Source of the DNA: an uncultured Phycisphaerales bacterium
GTDB taxonomy: Bacteria > Planctomycetota > Phycisphaerae > Tepidisphaerales > Tepidisphaeraceae
Assembly: GCA_963755915.1 (NCBI GenBank)
Contig: CAVWLP010000002.1
Location: 3,840,001-3,904,000 of the forward strand
Length of the DNA stretch: 64,000 nt
Reading direction: 5' to 3'
Part shown: piece after piece, positions 11,930-21,257 of the stretch
How the letters are laid out: each line of letters begins with the position of its first letter
Numbering within the stretch: the stretch's first letter is position 1
Translations under genes and position numbers: made by a program
The notes under the pieces: generated by a model
The model's input: only the letters and a program-made list of their open reading frames with translations
What the model was told of the DNA's origin: nothing
Databases searched by the model: none

Positions 11930-11936
11930 GGGTGCT

Positions 11937-12152
11937 TCATCTCATGCGCATCGTCAAAATTGCCACGCAGTAAAACAGCACGAAACAGGCGACGTCGAAG
12001 AGCGGGCGGTGCCTGACGTAGCGGTTCATGTCGATCAACTGATTCAATATTCGGCGTGCGACGAAGAAGACGGCGGCACAGATGACGAGCATGACCGCCG
12101 CGGGGGCCATGAAAATCCCGAATATGTCGATTTCGCGCAAGGGGAATCCCAT
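11937..12152 (-). CDS. DUF1656 / AaeX family small membrane protein
   Basis: REIDIFGIFM...VRHRPLFD; position between FUSC and MFP genes. Confidence 0.8.
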   Translation of the reverse strand: MGFPLREIDIFGIFMAPAAVMLVICAAVFFVARRILNQLIDMNRYVRHRPLFDVACFVLFYCVAILTMRMR

Positions 12153-12206
12153 ATCAGCGGAAATCTTATACCGGCGGGGGACTGATAATGGAATGCGCGC
12201 GAAAGA

Positions 12207-14002
12207 TCACTGCTCCGCGCCGGCCATTATCTGGCGGCCGCGCATCAGCAGATCGACCCCCTTGGCGCGGATTTCCGGAGGCATCGCTTCCGCCTGGAAC
12301 CGTTGGAAGACGTCGTACATGCCCGTTTCCCATCGCAGGCGGTCGTCGCGGTTCATGGGGCGTTCCTTCAAGTGGGTCCGAATGTGTTTTCGCATCCGCT
12401 GGAGCAATTCTTCCATGCGCGCCCGGCCGGTCTTGGGGGTGCCGATAAGCATGAAAAGAGGCCGTACGAACGCGTAGCCGCAGACAACGGAGGCGGCCGT
12501 GTTCAAGGTTGAATTCAGATCGTACTGCTGGGGATTGGTGGGGTTGAGTAATGTGCTGGTGACGAACATATAGGTGATTGCGGGAACGAGAAACTTTGGC
12601 TTGGCTTGCAACCAGACGGCTGGAAACAAAAACGCATACGTCACGACCGCAAACCAGAGGGGGTGGTTGGACCAGGGCATAATCAGGTACAGCGCAATTA
12701 TTCCGGCCACGGCGCCGATGGAGGCGAAGAGAAGATTCAGGTTATTCAGCGCCAGAGGATTCTCTAGGGAAATATAAATTACCAGTGCGACGGATAGCAC
12801 GGTGAGGAAAAATGAACCCTGGGACCAGGCGGTGGCGTCCCAGATCAGAAAACCCACCAGAAGGCCGATGGCGGCACGATTGAAGTTCGTCCAGGCGCGC
12901 ATGTGCATCCCGACGAAGCGCGGCTCTGGATAGCGCTGGACTTGCACGTAACCAGGCTCCCTCTGGGTGAGAATGGCATCAATGGCTACAAGCTCGTATT
13001 GGATGGCTGAGATGATCTCGTAATAGGGCGCGTCAGCGGGGAGATCTTGCCGGAGACGGGCAAGGGCCTGGGCCTGCTGGCGGAGCTTTTCCAGGGAAAT
13101 CTCGGCGCCGGTCGCGATCAAATTGCGCCGGAGATGATGGCTTCACGGACTCGATCGAGCTGCGGATCGTCTGGCTGACCTTCGCGCCTCAACCGCACCG
13201 CGGCGATGACGTTCGACTGAAGGGAGAGCATGGCCGTGGGGGCGCCGTGGATCCATGAGCTGACCCACCGCAGCGACGGGCGCTCGGCCATGGCGTTGCG
13301 GTTTAGTTCGTCGAAACTAAGAATCAGGCTCGAATAAGGGGCGTCTTCCAAAGCGCCGGCTTCCGAAGTGGTTGGAGCGTGCGAGCCTAACTGGGCGACG
13401 GCCCAATCGAAGAGACCTACGATGATCTTCGAGGCCCGATTGACCAGATCGCCGGGCGCATCGTCGGTGCGGACCGCGGCTTCGGACATCACCAGGGCGA
13501 CGAGACAACCGATGAAGGTTGCGGAGCCGCGATCGATGGCGATGTAGAAGACGTTCTGCGGTGCATCGATCGCGCCCAGGGCGACGAGTGCCGAGGTGAA
13601 TGCGGCAAGAATTGCCGTATAGGCGACGAATCCACGGCGAAGCGTTCCCCAGTAGGCGCAAAATCCGAGCCACAGGGCGCAACTCAGAAAGAACCCGATG
13701 CGATCCTGCGGAAACAGGGCAATGAGGAGGACGCCGACAACGCAGCCGATGACGGTTCCGCCCAGGCGGGCGACGGACTTGCGGAGGGCGTTTCCGCGCA
13801 CGGGGGGGCTGACGATGAGGGTGGTGAGGATGGTCCAGCGCGGGACGTCGAGCTGGATCCACATGACAATGATCAGGCTCAATACACCGGCAAGCGTGGT
13901 GCGGATCGCGTAGCCGAGGTCGCCCGAGGTGGTGAAGAAGTACCAGGGGTTGTGAGGGTGGTAGGGCTCGTGGGCGGGGGATGTGGCGGGGATGGCGCTC
14001 AT
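12207..14002 (-). CDS. FUSC/AaeB family inner-membrane efflux subunit (split ~13120)
   Basis: Two adjacent ORFs with the N- and C-terminal FUSC hydrophobic blocks (KSVARLGGTVIG; PTNPQQYD). Confidence 0.8.
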
Positions 14003-14337
14003 CGGGGCAGAAGCTTACTTTCCCGGCGGGGGATTGAAAACCTGATGACAGGGGGGCGACAGGAGGAGAAGGGGAGATTTTACAAAACTTTACGTTTTTT
14101 TACATTTTTGGCGAAATAGTTAGTGCACGATAACTTATTTTGATTTAAGTCGGTGTGACGGCCGTGGTTGCGCTGGGTTTGATGAATTTTGATTAAACGG
14201 GGGATGTAACATTGGCGGGTTGGCCGGAGATGCTGGCAATGCACAACCCGAAGCAGACAGCCGCCAGATTTCGCCCAGCAATCGCTGGCGATGGTGGAGG
14301 GGATCATCGGGGGGAAGCTCGCGCCGGGGAAATATGG

Positions 14338-15450
14338 CTACTTCAATTCGCATTTATCGAACTGGACGCCAATTCGGCTAGCACTTTTTATTTGCCCGAT
14401 TACTGTTATGTGATCTCCTGGGTGCAGAAGTTCCAGCCTGTCCTTCCACGTATCTCGATTGAAGCCCATCCCCAGCGCTATGGACATACCAAAGGGATTG
14501 CCGCCTTTGTCCATTATCGAAACGTACATCAAATCGCCGAAATCGCGGTCGGAAATATCGTAAACATCTCCGCTGATTTTCATCCATTTCCCGATGTAGG
14601 GTTCGACGAGTCGATCCGCTTCGATATCGGTGTTCTCGCTGAAAATATCGCTAAGAAATTTTGGGTCTTTGTCGATGAGAATCCTTCCATCTGGGAGCGA
14701 TGTAAAAGTTGTCGCGTCGCGAGCATCAGACTCGGATTTCTCCTCCAAGAAAAACACCAACCCAAGTGCAACGACCAGCGCCGCGTAAATTGCGAGTACC
14801 CGTTTTTTGTTAGTGAGGAATTGATAGAAGGGTGTGAGAACAGCAGCCAAAATCAGGGCGCCGGTAAGGAACCGTAGCCAATGTGCAAGAATAGGATGAG
14901 CAACGACCACATCATCGGCCATTACCCACGCAAGCAACGCAAGAGCACCCTCTCCGGAGGTTTTGAAGAGCAGCGAACGGATCGTGTTGTGTTGCGGACT
15001 GGAGATATTGCTTGGGGCGTTTTTATAGTGTTCGTTTTGGGTTGTTGCTTCGCTTTGATTCTGGTTCGGAGCCTCCAATAGTGGTGACCCTGATTCGTCC
15101 AACAGTTCGCAATGTTCCAAATTCACGCCAGACGTATCGACCTTCTCGATTTGGCCAAGGATATTTATGCGATCAGCAGCCTTTAGTATTTCGATTCGAC
15201 CCTTCCATGCGGGGTCGAAATGATAAACGGCATATGAAATCTGTCCTTCGAGATAAATCGTAATGTAGGTTTCATGGATAATTATGTCATCTACTTCTCC
15301 CGACGCCCTAATCCATTTTCCAACGTAAGGCGCGACAAGTTGTTTCGCTTGGAAATGTAAGTTTTTCTTGAAAATTTCGTGGAGGTCTTTGGGTGACACG
15401 TTCGCGATTATTCGATCAGCTTCGGGTTTGGGACCGGAATCATTGCCCAT
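14338..15450 (-). CDS. Membrane protein with two homologous OB-fold (tRNA_anti-like) domains
   Basis: Internal repeat PYVGKWIRASGEVDDI...GQI...CEL / PYIGKWMKISGDVYDI...GQI...CEL flanking 2-3 TM helices. Confidence 0.6.
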   Translation of the reverse strand: MGNDSGPKPEADRIIANVSPKDLHEIFKKNLHFQAKQLVAPYVGKWIRASGEVDDIIIHETYITIYLEGQISYAVYHFDPAWKGRIEILKAADRINILGQIEKVDTSGVNLEHCELLDESGSPLLEAPNQNQSEATTQNEHYKNAPSNISSPQHNTIRSLLFKTSGEGALALLAWVMADDVVVAHPILAHWLRFLTGALILAAVLTPFYQFLTNKKRVLAIYAALVVALGLVFFLEEKSESDARDATTFTSLPDGRILIDKDPKFLSDIFSENTDIEADRLVEPYIGKWMKISGDVYDISDRDFGDLMYVSIMDKGGNPFGMSIALGMGFNRDTWKDRLELLHPGDHITVIGQIKSASRIGVQFDKCELK

Positions 15451-15736
15451 ATGGTCTCACCCCTAGACGATTAGACCCTCGGGGGCGGATGGTGGTACAA
15501 GTGGGCGAAAAACAGACATGGTCTTTTCCTATTCTCCGGCGGCCTAAGCTTGGCGACGTGCCGCCGGAGGCTTCATTTTACCCCAACCGCGTTCAGCATG
15601 CGAAACAGGAAAGGGACGCAATGCCGCGATCATTACCGGGCCTGAAATGGAGCCTTAAATTGCGATTTCTGCTGCAAGGCTTGCTTAATTTTGGCGTTCC
15701 GTTGAGGGTATGCGATGAAAAAACCGGAGCACAACC

Positions 15737-16279
15737 ATGATGGGCGATTTCTGGGATTTCGTTCGAGAGTTTATTCGTACACTCATCTCAAAAGTCACGG
15801 GGGGCATCTTGGCGGCATTTCTAACAACGTGGGCTATTGCGGATTGGACTTTTCATTTCCGTTACGCCCCGCCCGCGGGCGTTTTATGGGCTTCGCTCGC
15901 ATGCTATTTGTTGGCGTCGGCGTTTGGGGTGTGGCAAAAGGAACGCAAAAGGGCACTGGGAGCTGAAGCAAACCTGACCGCGCTAGGCAACGCAAAGAAA
16001 CCGATTGACTCGGAACGAAATGAGCGGATCAAGTGCAAGTTTTTCAGTCTGGATAAATGGAATCAACTGCTGGTGCGAGAAATGATGGTCGTCCGCTCAA
16101 TGACCAACAACGTCGCGATAGACTTTCTAAGAAAAAGCGGACATGACCCAGGTTCGCACTCCCGACCCATTGAAGACCTTAACTCTGTCACAGACTGGTT
16201 TCCGTTCAACAATGGCCAGTACACGGTTTCGCCTGCTGTCTTCGAAGAACTTAAGGCCATCATTTCAGAAACCAAATGA
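15737..16279 (+). CDS. Hypothetical protein, 2 N-terminal TM helices plus soluble C-terminal domain
   Basis: ORF with GGAG RBS; low-GC segment. Confidence 0.55.
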   Translation: MMGDFWDFVREFIRTLISKVTGGILAAFLTTWAIADWTFHFRYAPPAGVLWASLACYLLASAFGVWQKERKRALGAEANLTALGNAKKPIDSERNERIKCKFFSLDKWNQLLVREMMVVRSMTNNVAIDFLRKSGHDPGSHSRPIEDLNSVTDWFPFNNGQYTVSPAVFEELKAIISETK

Positions 16280-16493
16280 ACGGGCTGGCCGGTGAGAAAT
16301 GCAGGACGAAATAAAGAGGGCGCAATTCATTTCCGCAGATCATCAAAATGAATCGCGTTCTCTTTATTTGTCCCCAGCCGCGCCGCCGGCGATGCGCCGC
16401 CTATTTCCTGATTGCCCGATTCGACAACACGCGTTCCGCGTCCGCCGACATTGGCCATGTTTCACCCCTTCTTTTTGCGCCGCTCGAATGGGT

Positions 16494-16682
16494 TCACGGT
16501 ACGCGCTGCTGTGTTTGACCGTTTGGGCGCATTGAGAGGTCCACGGTGACAATGTAGACCGCCATCGCGCCCAGCATGATCAGGACGGCCACCCAAAATT
16601 TCCAGTCGCGGTGAGCGCGCTTCCAATAGGGAATGTGGGGATGGGATTTCTGGTAATGCGTATGCGTGTGCTCTTCTTCCAT
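16494..16682 (-). CDS. Small His-rich single-TM protein
   Basis: PYWKRAHRDWKFWVAVLIML..YIVT.DLS; plausible RBS. Confidence 0.55.
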   Translation of the reverse strand: MEEEHTHTHYQKSHPHIPYWKRAHRDWKFWVAVLIMLGAMAVYIVTVDLSMRPNGQTQQRVP

Positions 16683-16776
16683 CCTTCACCCTTCGATTTC
16701 TTCGGCCGCCCGAGCTTGCGGTTGCGGACCTTGGCCAAGTCCTTCGTATAAGAACTCGAAATTAGCCGAAATGCAA

Positions 16777-16820
16777 AATCGCCCGGAAATCCGGGCGATT
16801 TGCGGGAAACCATGGTTTCC
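16777..16820 (-). terminator. Hairpins downstream of tRNA-Glu (possible terminator)
   Basis: AAATCGCCCGGAAATCCGGGCGATTT and GGAAACCATGGTTTCC inverted repeats. Confidence 0.45.
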
Positions 16821-16824
16821 TGAA

Positions 16825-16897
16825 TACCCCCTAGGGGAGTCGAACCCCTGTCCTCTGGCTGAGAACCAGATATCCTGGGCCACTAGACGAAGGGGGC
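16825..16897 (-). tRNA. tRNA-Glu(CTC), CCA not encoded
   Basis: GCCCCCTTCGTCTAGTGGCCCAGGATATCTGGTTCTCAGCCAGAGGACAGGGGTTCGACTCCCCTAGGGGGTA folds as a cloverleaf with anticodon CTC. Confidence 0.95.
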
Positions 16898-17339
16898 TTC
16901 GAATGGGCTTGCCCAGCGGATGCAATCCTAATGCGGATGCGCGGAAGGTCAAGAAATCGGGTTTGGCCCCGTGGATGCGGGGCGGGGCAATCGCTTGCGC
17001 CTCGTAAAACGCAGAAGGCCGCCACCCATCGTGCCGAAACTAGCTGAAGAGGACAGGGGGCTCCCCGGGAGTACCTGACCGCCCGACACATTTTTTGAGT
17101 TCGAGGAGTAAGCGGCCGGCTCTTTTGAAGACAAATGCAAAAGCAATGCAGGGGAGGCGGGAGACAACCCATAAGGCCCCAAGGTTTTTCTCCCGCCTCC
17201 CCCGCACCCCCACTCCCTCTCCTTTTCCCCTGCTATGTTGGTTGTCAAGTGTGGGCCGCATTCGCCGCCTTTATTCTTTTGTCTTTTTAAGCTGTTGCTC
17301 GGCCTGTCAGTGTCCGCTCTGCATGGGCTGTTGCCATCA

Positions 17340-17485
17340 TTGCGGCAACGCTCTTCCTGCTATCCGTACCTGGCGGTTTGCCAGTACACCATGGTCTAAT
17401 ACGTCCGTTGCAGGCGGTTCACGCTGACCCAATCTAACCGCCGAACGCTCAAGGGCGCTCATAGGGGAAAACGGGCGCGTTACAC
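17340..17485 (-). ncRNA. Putative bridge/seek RNA of the IS110 element
   Basis: Internal loop with TTTTCCCCT and CGGTTAG matching both sides of the target; second loop with ATAGCAG matching the donor junction; boundaries approximate. Confidence 0.7.
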
Positions 17486-17574
17486 CGTGGCTCGTCTCTT
17501 TCACTTTTATTCCAAGCTCTTTATCCGTCGTCCATCCAGGCTCCAGAAGTTCGGGGACAACCTTGGCCGGCTTT

Positions 17575-18714
17575 TTACGCTGCCAGTTTCAAGCCCAGAT
17601 CCTGCGCTTTGACCCGGCCGGTTTTGATCCGCCACAGGTCCACCGCCAGTTGCCGCGCCAAGGCCACCGCGGCTTTCTTGCGCATGGCTCTGGCTCCGGG
17701 GTTCTCGAAGACCTGCTTCCAGCGCTTCAGACGAAAATACTCCGGCTGGAACTTGGGCAGCAGCCACGCCAGTTCCACCAGCACCGTGCGCAGTCGGCGG
17801 TTGCCATGTTTGTCGATCGACAGATTCATCCGGCTCTGGCCTGAGGAGGATTCTCCAGGGCAAAGCCCGGTGTAGCTGGCGATCTGCCGGCGGTTCTGGA
17901 AGCGATTCCAGTCGACGATCTCACGATCCAGCAGCTCATAGCTGAGGTGTCCGATTCCCTTGATCCGGGCCGATTCGCGGGACTTGGCCTCCGCGCAGAG
18001 CTGGCGGGTCAGTTCATCTCGCTTCTGGTCCATCATCTCTACCATCTCCAGGTCGCGGGCAAGCTCCTTGCGGATCGGTTCGATCAGTTCTGAGCCGTAG
18101 AGTTCTTCCAGCTTTTTCAGCAGCGGCTCACACGCCAGCGGCTCCCACCATTTTCCCGGGCGATGGATGCCGAGGCTGTGCAGCAGGCTTCGTCCACGGG
18201 CGATCCAGCGCTGCCGTTCCTTTCGGTAGGTGTTGCGCTCGCGCCCCAGGCGGCGGTGGATCTCCTGGGCCACCGTGGGGACACGCACCAGACGCAGCGC
18301 CGTCGTGTTGCCGGCGAGATGCCGGTCCAGACGCGAGAGCAGTTCGGTGGCGTCGATCTTGTCGTTGACTCTCTTGCGGCCGCGGGACAGACGTTCGGGG
18401 GCACAGACCAGGCACTCTACGCCCAGGGCGGTGGCTTCGCGGTGCAACGCGAAGCCGTAGGGACCGGCTTCGTAGACCATCACCACGCGTTTGGCCAGCG
18501 TCAGCTGCTTTTTGAGAAACTCGATGAAGACGGCCGGCGAGAGTTTTTGGGCCGGTTGAATCCCCTGATGATCGACCATCCGTGCGAAGGTATATTGCTG
18601 GCTGTGGGTATCCACGCCGAGTTTGATCACCTCGTGCGACTGATTGGGCTTCGAGACTCTCTCCCCTCGAACTTGGGAGGCCTTGCGGCTACCTTTAGAA
18701 GAATTGTGTTTCAT
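17575..18714 (-). CDS. IS110 family DEDD recombinase/transposase
   Basis: LGVDTH, VYEAGPYG, KRVNDKIDA (DEDD); IKGIG, RFQNRRQIASYTGLCPGESSSG, GNRRLR and VALARQL motifs. Confidence 0.95.
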   Translation of the reverse strand: MKHNSSKGSRKASQVRGERVSKPNQSHEVIKLGVDTHSQQYTFARMVDHQGIQPAQKLSPAVFIEFLKKQLTLAKRVVMVYEAGPYGFALHREATALGVECLVCAPERLSRGRKRVNDKIDATELLSRLDRHLAGNTTALRLVRVPTVAQEIHRRLGRERNTYRKERQRWIARGRSLLHSLGIHRPGKWWEPLACEPLLKKLEELYGSELIEPIRKELARDLEMVEMMDQKRDELTRQLCAEAKSRESARIKGIGHLSYELLDREIVDWNRFQNRRQIASYTGLCPGESSSGQSRMNLSIDKHGNRRLRTVLVELAWLLPKFQPEYFRLKRWKQVFENPGARAMRKKAAVALARQLAVDLWRIKTGRVKAQDLGLKLAA

Positions 18715-19124
18715 GGTTGTCGGGTTTAGTCGACGGTGGCTAGCCCGACAACCAACATGCCATCTAACCGTCCCCCCCAAAAGGCGAAATACGGAGGCGT
18801 TTCGCCAGTGATTCGCGCACCTCGTACACGTGGGCGTTGGAACATCCGATTGCGTGAATGCGGTCGTGCACGCATTTGATGGGGGAGCGTTGAGGGGAAA
18901 AGGAAGAGGAGTGGGGAGGGGGAAACTTTTGTCCTCGACCCTCAGCTCAGACCGGAGGGGGGCCCTATATCGGTTCCCCCTCGCCCCGCCCGCATTGCAT
19001 TTGCATTTGGAAGACTTTGCCAATTCGTCTCCCAACTCAAAAAAGTGTCGGGCGGTCAGGAGTACCAGGGGAGGGGGAAAAGGGGGACATCCGAATGCCC
19101 TGGGACGCGGATTGTTTCTAAATT

Positions 19125-19361
19125 TTAGAATCTTCCCCAAAGGAAGAAGGCCGCAATCCCGGCCAAAGTAAAATCGACCACGGCACCAAGTACGAATCTT
19201 AAATCCCCGGCATGGATTCCCGCTAAACTCAATGCGATCCCGCTGGTAACCCAGATAATCGCAACCATCCCGATTAGAAATCTGATCGCGGGTGGAAGTT
19301 GTCGCTTTCGTTTGGGCGAAGCCCCACCATAGTCGAGCTGGTGTGGCTTGGGATTATCCAT
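19125..19361 (-). CDS. Small membrane protein
   Basis: MDNPKPHQLDYG followed by 2 TM helices. Confidence 0.5.
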   Translation of the reverse strand: MDNPKPHQLDYGGASPKRKRQLPPAIRFLIGMVAIIWVTSGIALSLAGIHAGDLRFVLGAVVDFTLAGIAAFFLWGRF

Positions 19362-19460
19362 CCCGACGATTCTATCCTCCGAGCGGGAAAAAGCCGCCTG
19401 GGACCCGCAATAGTGGTGATTCAAATTGAGACACTGCCGGATGTTGTGCTGAGACAGTTT

Positions 19461-19967
19461 TCACTTGCGGATCTGATGCACGAGATGCCGCAGTTCCGGG
19501 AGGATCAGCTTTGTCATTGCCAGCTCGACCGCCGCGGTGCTTCCGGGCATGGCGAAGAGCAGTTTTTTTCTGGCGACTCCGCCTACGGCGCGGCTGAGGA
19601 TGGCGCCGCTGCCGATCTGCTGCCAACTTAGCATCCGAAAAAGCTCGCCGAAGCCGGGGAGGGGGGTGTCGAGGATTTTTTCGACGACCGCAATCGTTTG
19701 ATCGCGATGGGTGATGCCGGTGCCGCCGGTGGTCAGTATCGCATCCACCTCGGACAGACCCAGCAGTTCTTCCAGGAGCTGCGCGAGGCGATCCGGGTCA
19801 TCGGGGATTACGTGCCGCTCGTGCACGTGGTGCTGGTCGGAGGCGAGGAGGTCGGCGATCCGCTTGCCGCTGACATCCGTTTCCGGCGTGCGCGTATCGC
19901 TGAGGGTTACGATGGCGCAGCGAACCGAAATCGATTTGGCGGCGGATTGATGCTCCTTATATGACAT
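19461..19967 (-). CDS. moaB: Molybdenum cofactor biosynthesis protein MoaB/MogA family
   Basis: TLSDTRT..D.SG, TTGGTG, PGFGELFRMLS, GAILSRA and PGS motifs. Confidence 0.85.
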   Translation of the reverse strand: MSYKEHQSAAKSISVRCAIVTLSDTRTPETDVSGKRIADLLASDQHHVHERHVIPDDPDRLAQLLEELLGLSEVDAILTTGGTGITHRDQTIAVVEKILDTPLPGFGELFRMLSWQQIGSGAILSRAVGGVARKKLLFAMPGSTAAVELAMTKLILPELRHLVHQIRK

Positions 19968-19990
19968 CTCACATCTTTCAAAAATGCTGG

Positions 19991-20297
19991 TTCACCGCGG
20001 AGATCGCAGAGAGCAATTTGAACCACGGATTACACGGATTTCACAGATAATAAAAAAACCTCTTATCCGTGCGCATCCGTGAAATCCGTGGTTCAATCGG
20101 TATTTTCAGGGCGCTCCTTTTTTTTGCCGCCGGTGTTCTCACTGGCGGGATCAAACTGCCATAACCGCCGGTGAGGACACCGGCGGCACCAGAGGATTTA
20201 TAACCGCCAAGACGCCCAGAGCGCCAAGAATTCAAAGCGAAAGAAATATCTTTTCCGCGTTCTCTGCGATCTCCACGGTGAAATCTCCGCGGTGAAA
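19991..20297. repeat. Cluster of nested short palindromic repeats
   Basis: TCACCGCGGAGATCGCAGAG...CTCTGCGATCTCCACGGTGA; AACCACGGAT...ATCCGTGGTT; GCCGCCGGTGTTCTCACTGGCGG / CCGCCGGTGAGGACACCGGCGGC. Confidence 0.7.
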
Positions 20298-20302
20298 TTT
20301 TC

Positions 20303-20770
20303 TTATGGGCTCGAGCCATGCGGCACGTTGGTTATCTGGGCGTTGCGCTTCACGATATCGATATCGGTGACGCCGGGCCCCAGCGGAATATCCAGCCGGT
20401 CCGGATCGCCTGCGTGTTTGGTCAGCATGACGTCCAAATCCGTGGCGCGATAGACGCGAAGCACGGCCACGTCGTCCGATTCGATCGTTCCCTTCAAAAC
20501 AGTATGTGCCGTGTCCCCGGGTTCGACGACGACGCCGCCGATGTGCTGGGTTTGGGTTGTTCCGATTGCCGCGACTTCGGGGGGAACCCAGCCGTCTTCG
20601 TACTGGCCGTCCGTGACCGGCTTGGCCTTGGTCATCCAGACGGTGACCGGATCTGAGAGCCGGTTGGTGACCGTTACATCAAATGTTTGCTGGCTCTGGC
20701 AGCCGACGGCGGCGAGGGCGAGGATTGAAAAGAAGAGTGTGCGGAGTAGGCAGGGCGGGCCGATCAATGA
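20303..20770 (-). CDS. Hypothetical lipoprotein (start uncertain)
   Basis: Lipobox LAAVGC-QSQ; upstream part of the listed ORF runs through repeat DNA. Confidence 0.6.
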   Translation of the reverse strand, partial: SLIGPPCLLRTLFFSILALAAVGCQSQQTFDVTVTNRLSDPVTVWMTKAKPVTDGQYEDGWVPPEVAAIGTTQTQHIGGVVVEPGDTAHTVLKGTIESDDVAVLRVYRATDLDVMLTKHAGDPDRLDIPLGPGVTDIDIVKRNAQITNVPHGSSP

Positions 20771-20792
20771 AGCAGCCAGCGTATCCTTTTCC

Positions 20793-21200
20793 CTGTCCGC
20801 CCGGCATTGTGTTTGTTTCGGACGCACATCGGCCGTCGCATTAAATGCAAATTCGAAATGCAATGCAGGGGAGGCGGGAGACAACCCATAAGGCCCCAAG
20901 GTTTTTCTCCCGCCTCCCCCGCACCCCCTCCACCCACTTTCCGCTTCTCCTAACCGTCCAAGGGCAAAGACCGATGGGCTCGCGCCTTTGTGCGGATCGC
21001 AAATTCTTCTGCCTCCGGATGGTTGAGGGGAAAAGGAGAGGGAGTGGGGTGGGTGCGGGAGGGGCGAGGGAGAAACTATAGAGGCGCCCTTGCGACTCAT
21101 CTCATGTGGTTCTCCCTCGCCCCTCCTGCATTGCATTTGTCTTTCGTCCTTAAGCGAGCCGCCCTGGGGCCAACGCATTTAAAAAGTGTGGGGCCGCCAG
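20793..21200. mobile_element. Foldback MITE-like element copy 2
   Basis: Shares about 65 nt exactly with copy 1 (GCAATGCAGGGGAGGCGGGAGACAACCCATAAGG...CCCGCACCCCC); degenerate terminal IRs CTGTCCGCCCGGCA / TGTGGGGCCGCCAG. Confidence 0.75.
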
Positions 21201-21257
21201 GATTTTGAAGGGAGGCAAGTAAACCAAAACTCGAAGCGGATTGATCATTGGGGCATG

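Larger units (their letters stand above)
17230..18765 (-). mobile_element. IS110-family element, IS1111 type
   Basis: CT core at both junctions (17230-31, 18764-65); 12-bp subterminal IRs ATGTTGGTTGTC (17235-46) / GACAACCAACAT (18747-58); long non-coding region 3' of the transposase; empty site TTCCCCTAACCGTCC present in copy 3. Confidence 0.9.
17075..19059. mobile_element. Foldback MITE-like element copy 1 (about 450 bp without the IS), interrupted by IS110
   Basis: Terminal IRs CTGACCGCCCGACAC(A)TTTTTTGAGTT; flanking direct repeat GAGTAC at 17069-17074 and 19060-19065; long internal inverted arms shared with copies 2 and 3. Confidence 0.75.

Noticed and set aside
14080-16824. Prophage or ICE integrated at tRNA-Glu
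   Set aside because: No integrase or phage genes, and no duplicated tRNA 3' end found by eye
18715-19140. N-terminal extension of the transposase (521-aa ORF call)
   Set aside because: Extends beyond the IS end into repeat DNA; the ATG at 18714 fits the element boundaries
20771-21178. N-terminal part of the 291-aa ORF and other short ORFs over the foldback repeats
   Set aside because: Translations of repeat DNA; the same peptide recurs at 16949-17248
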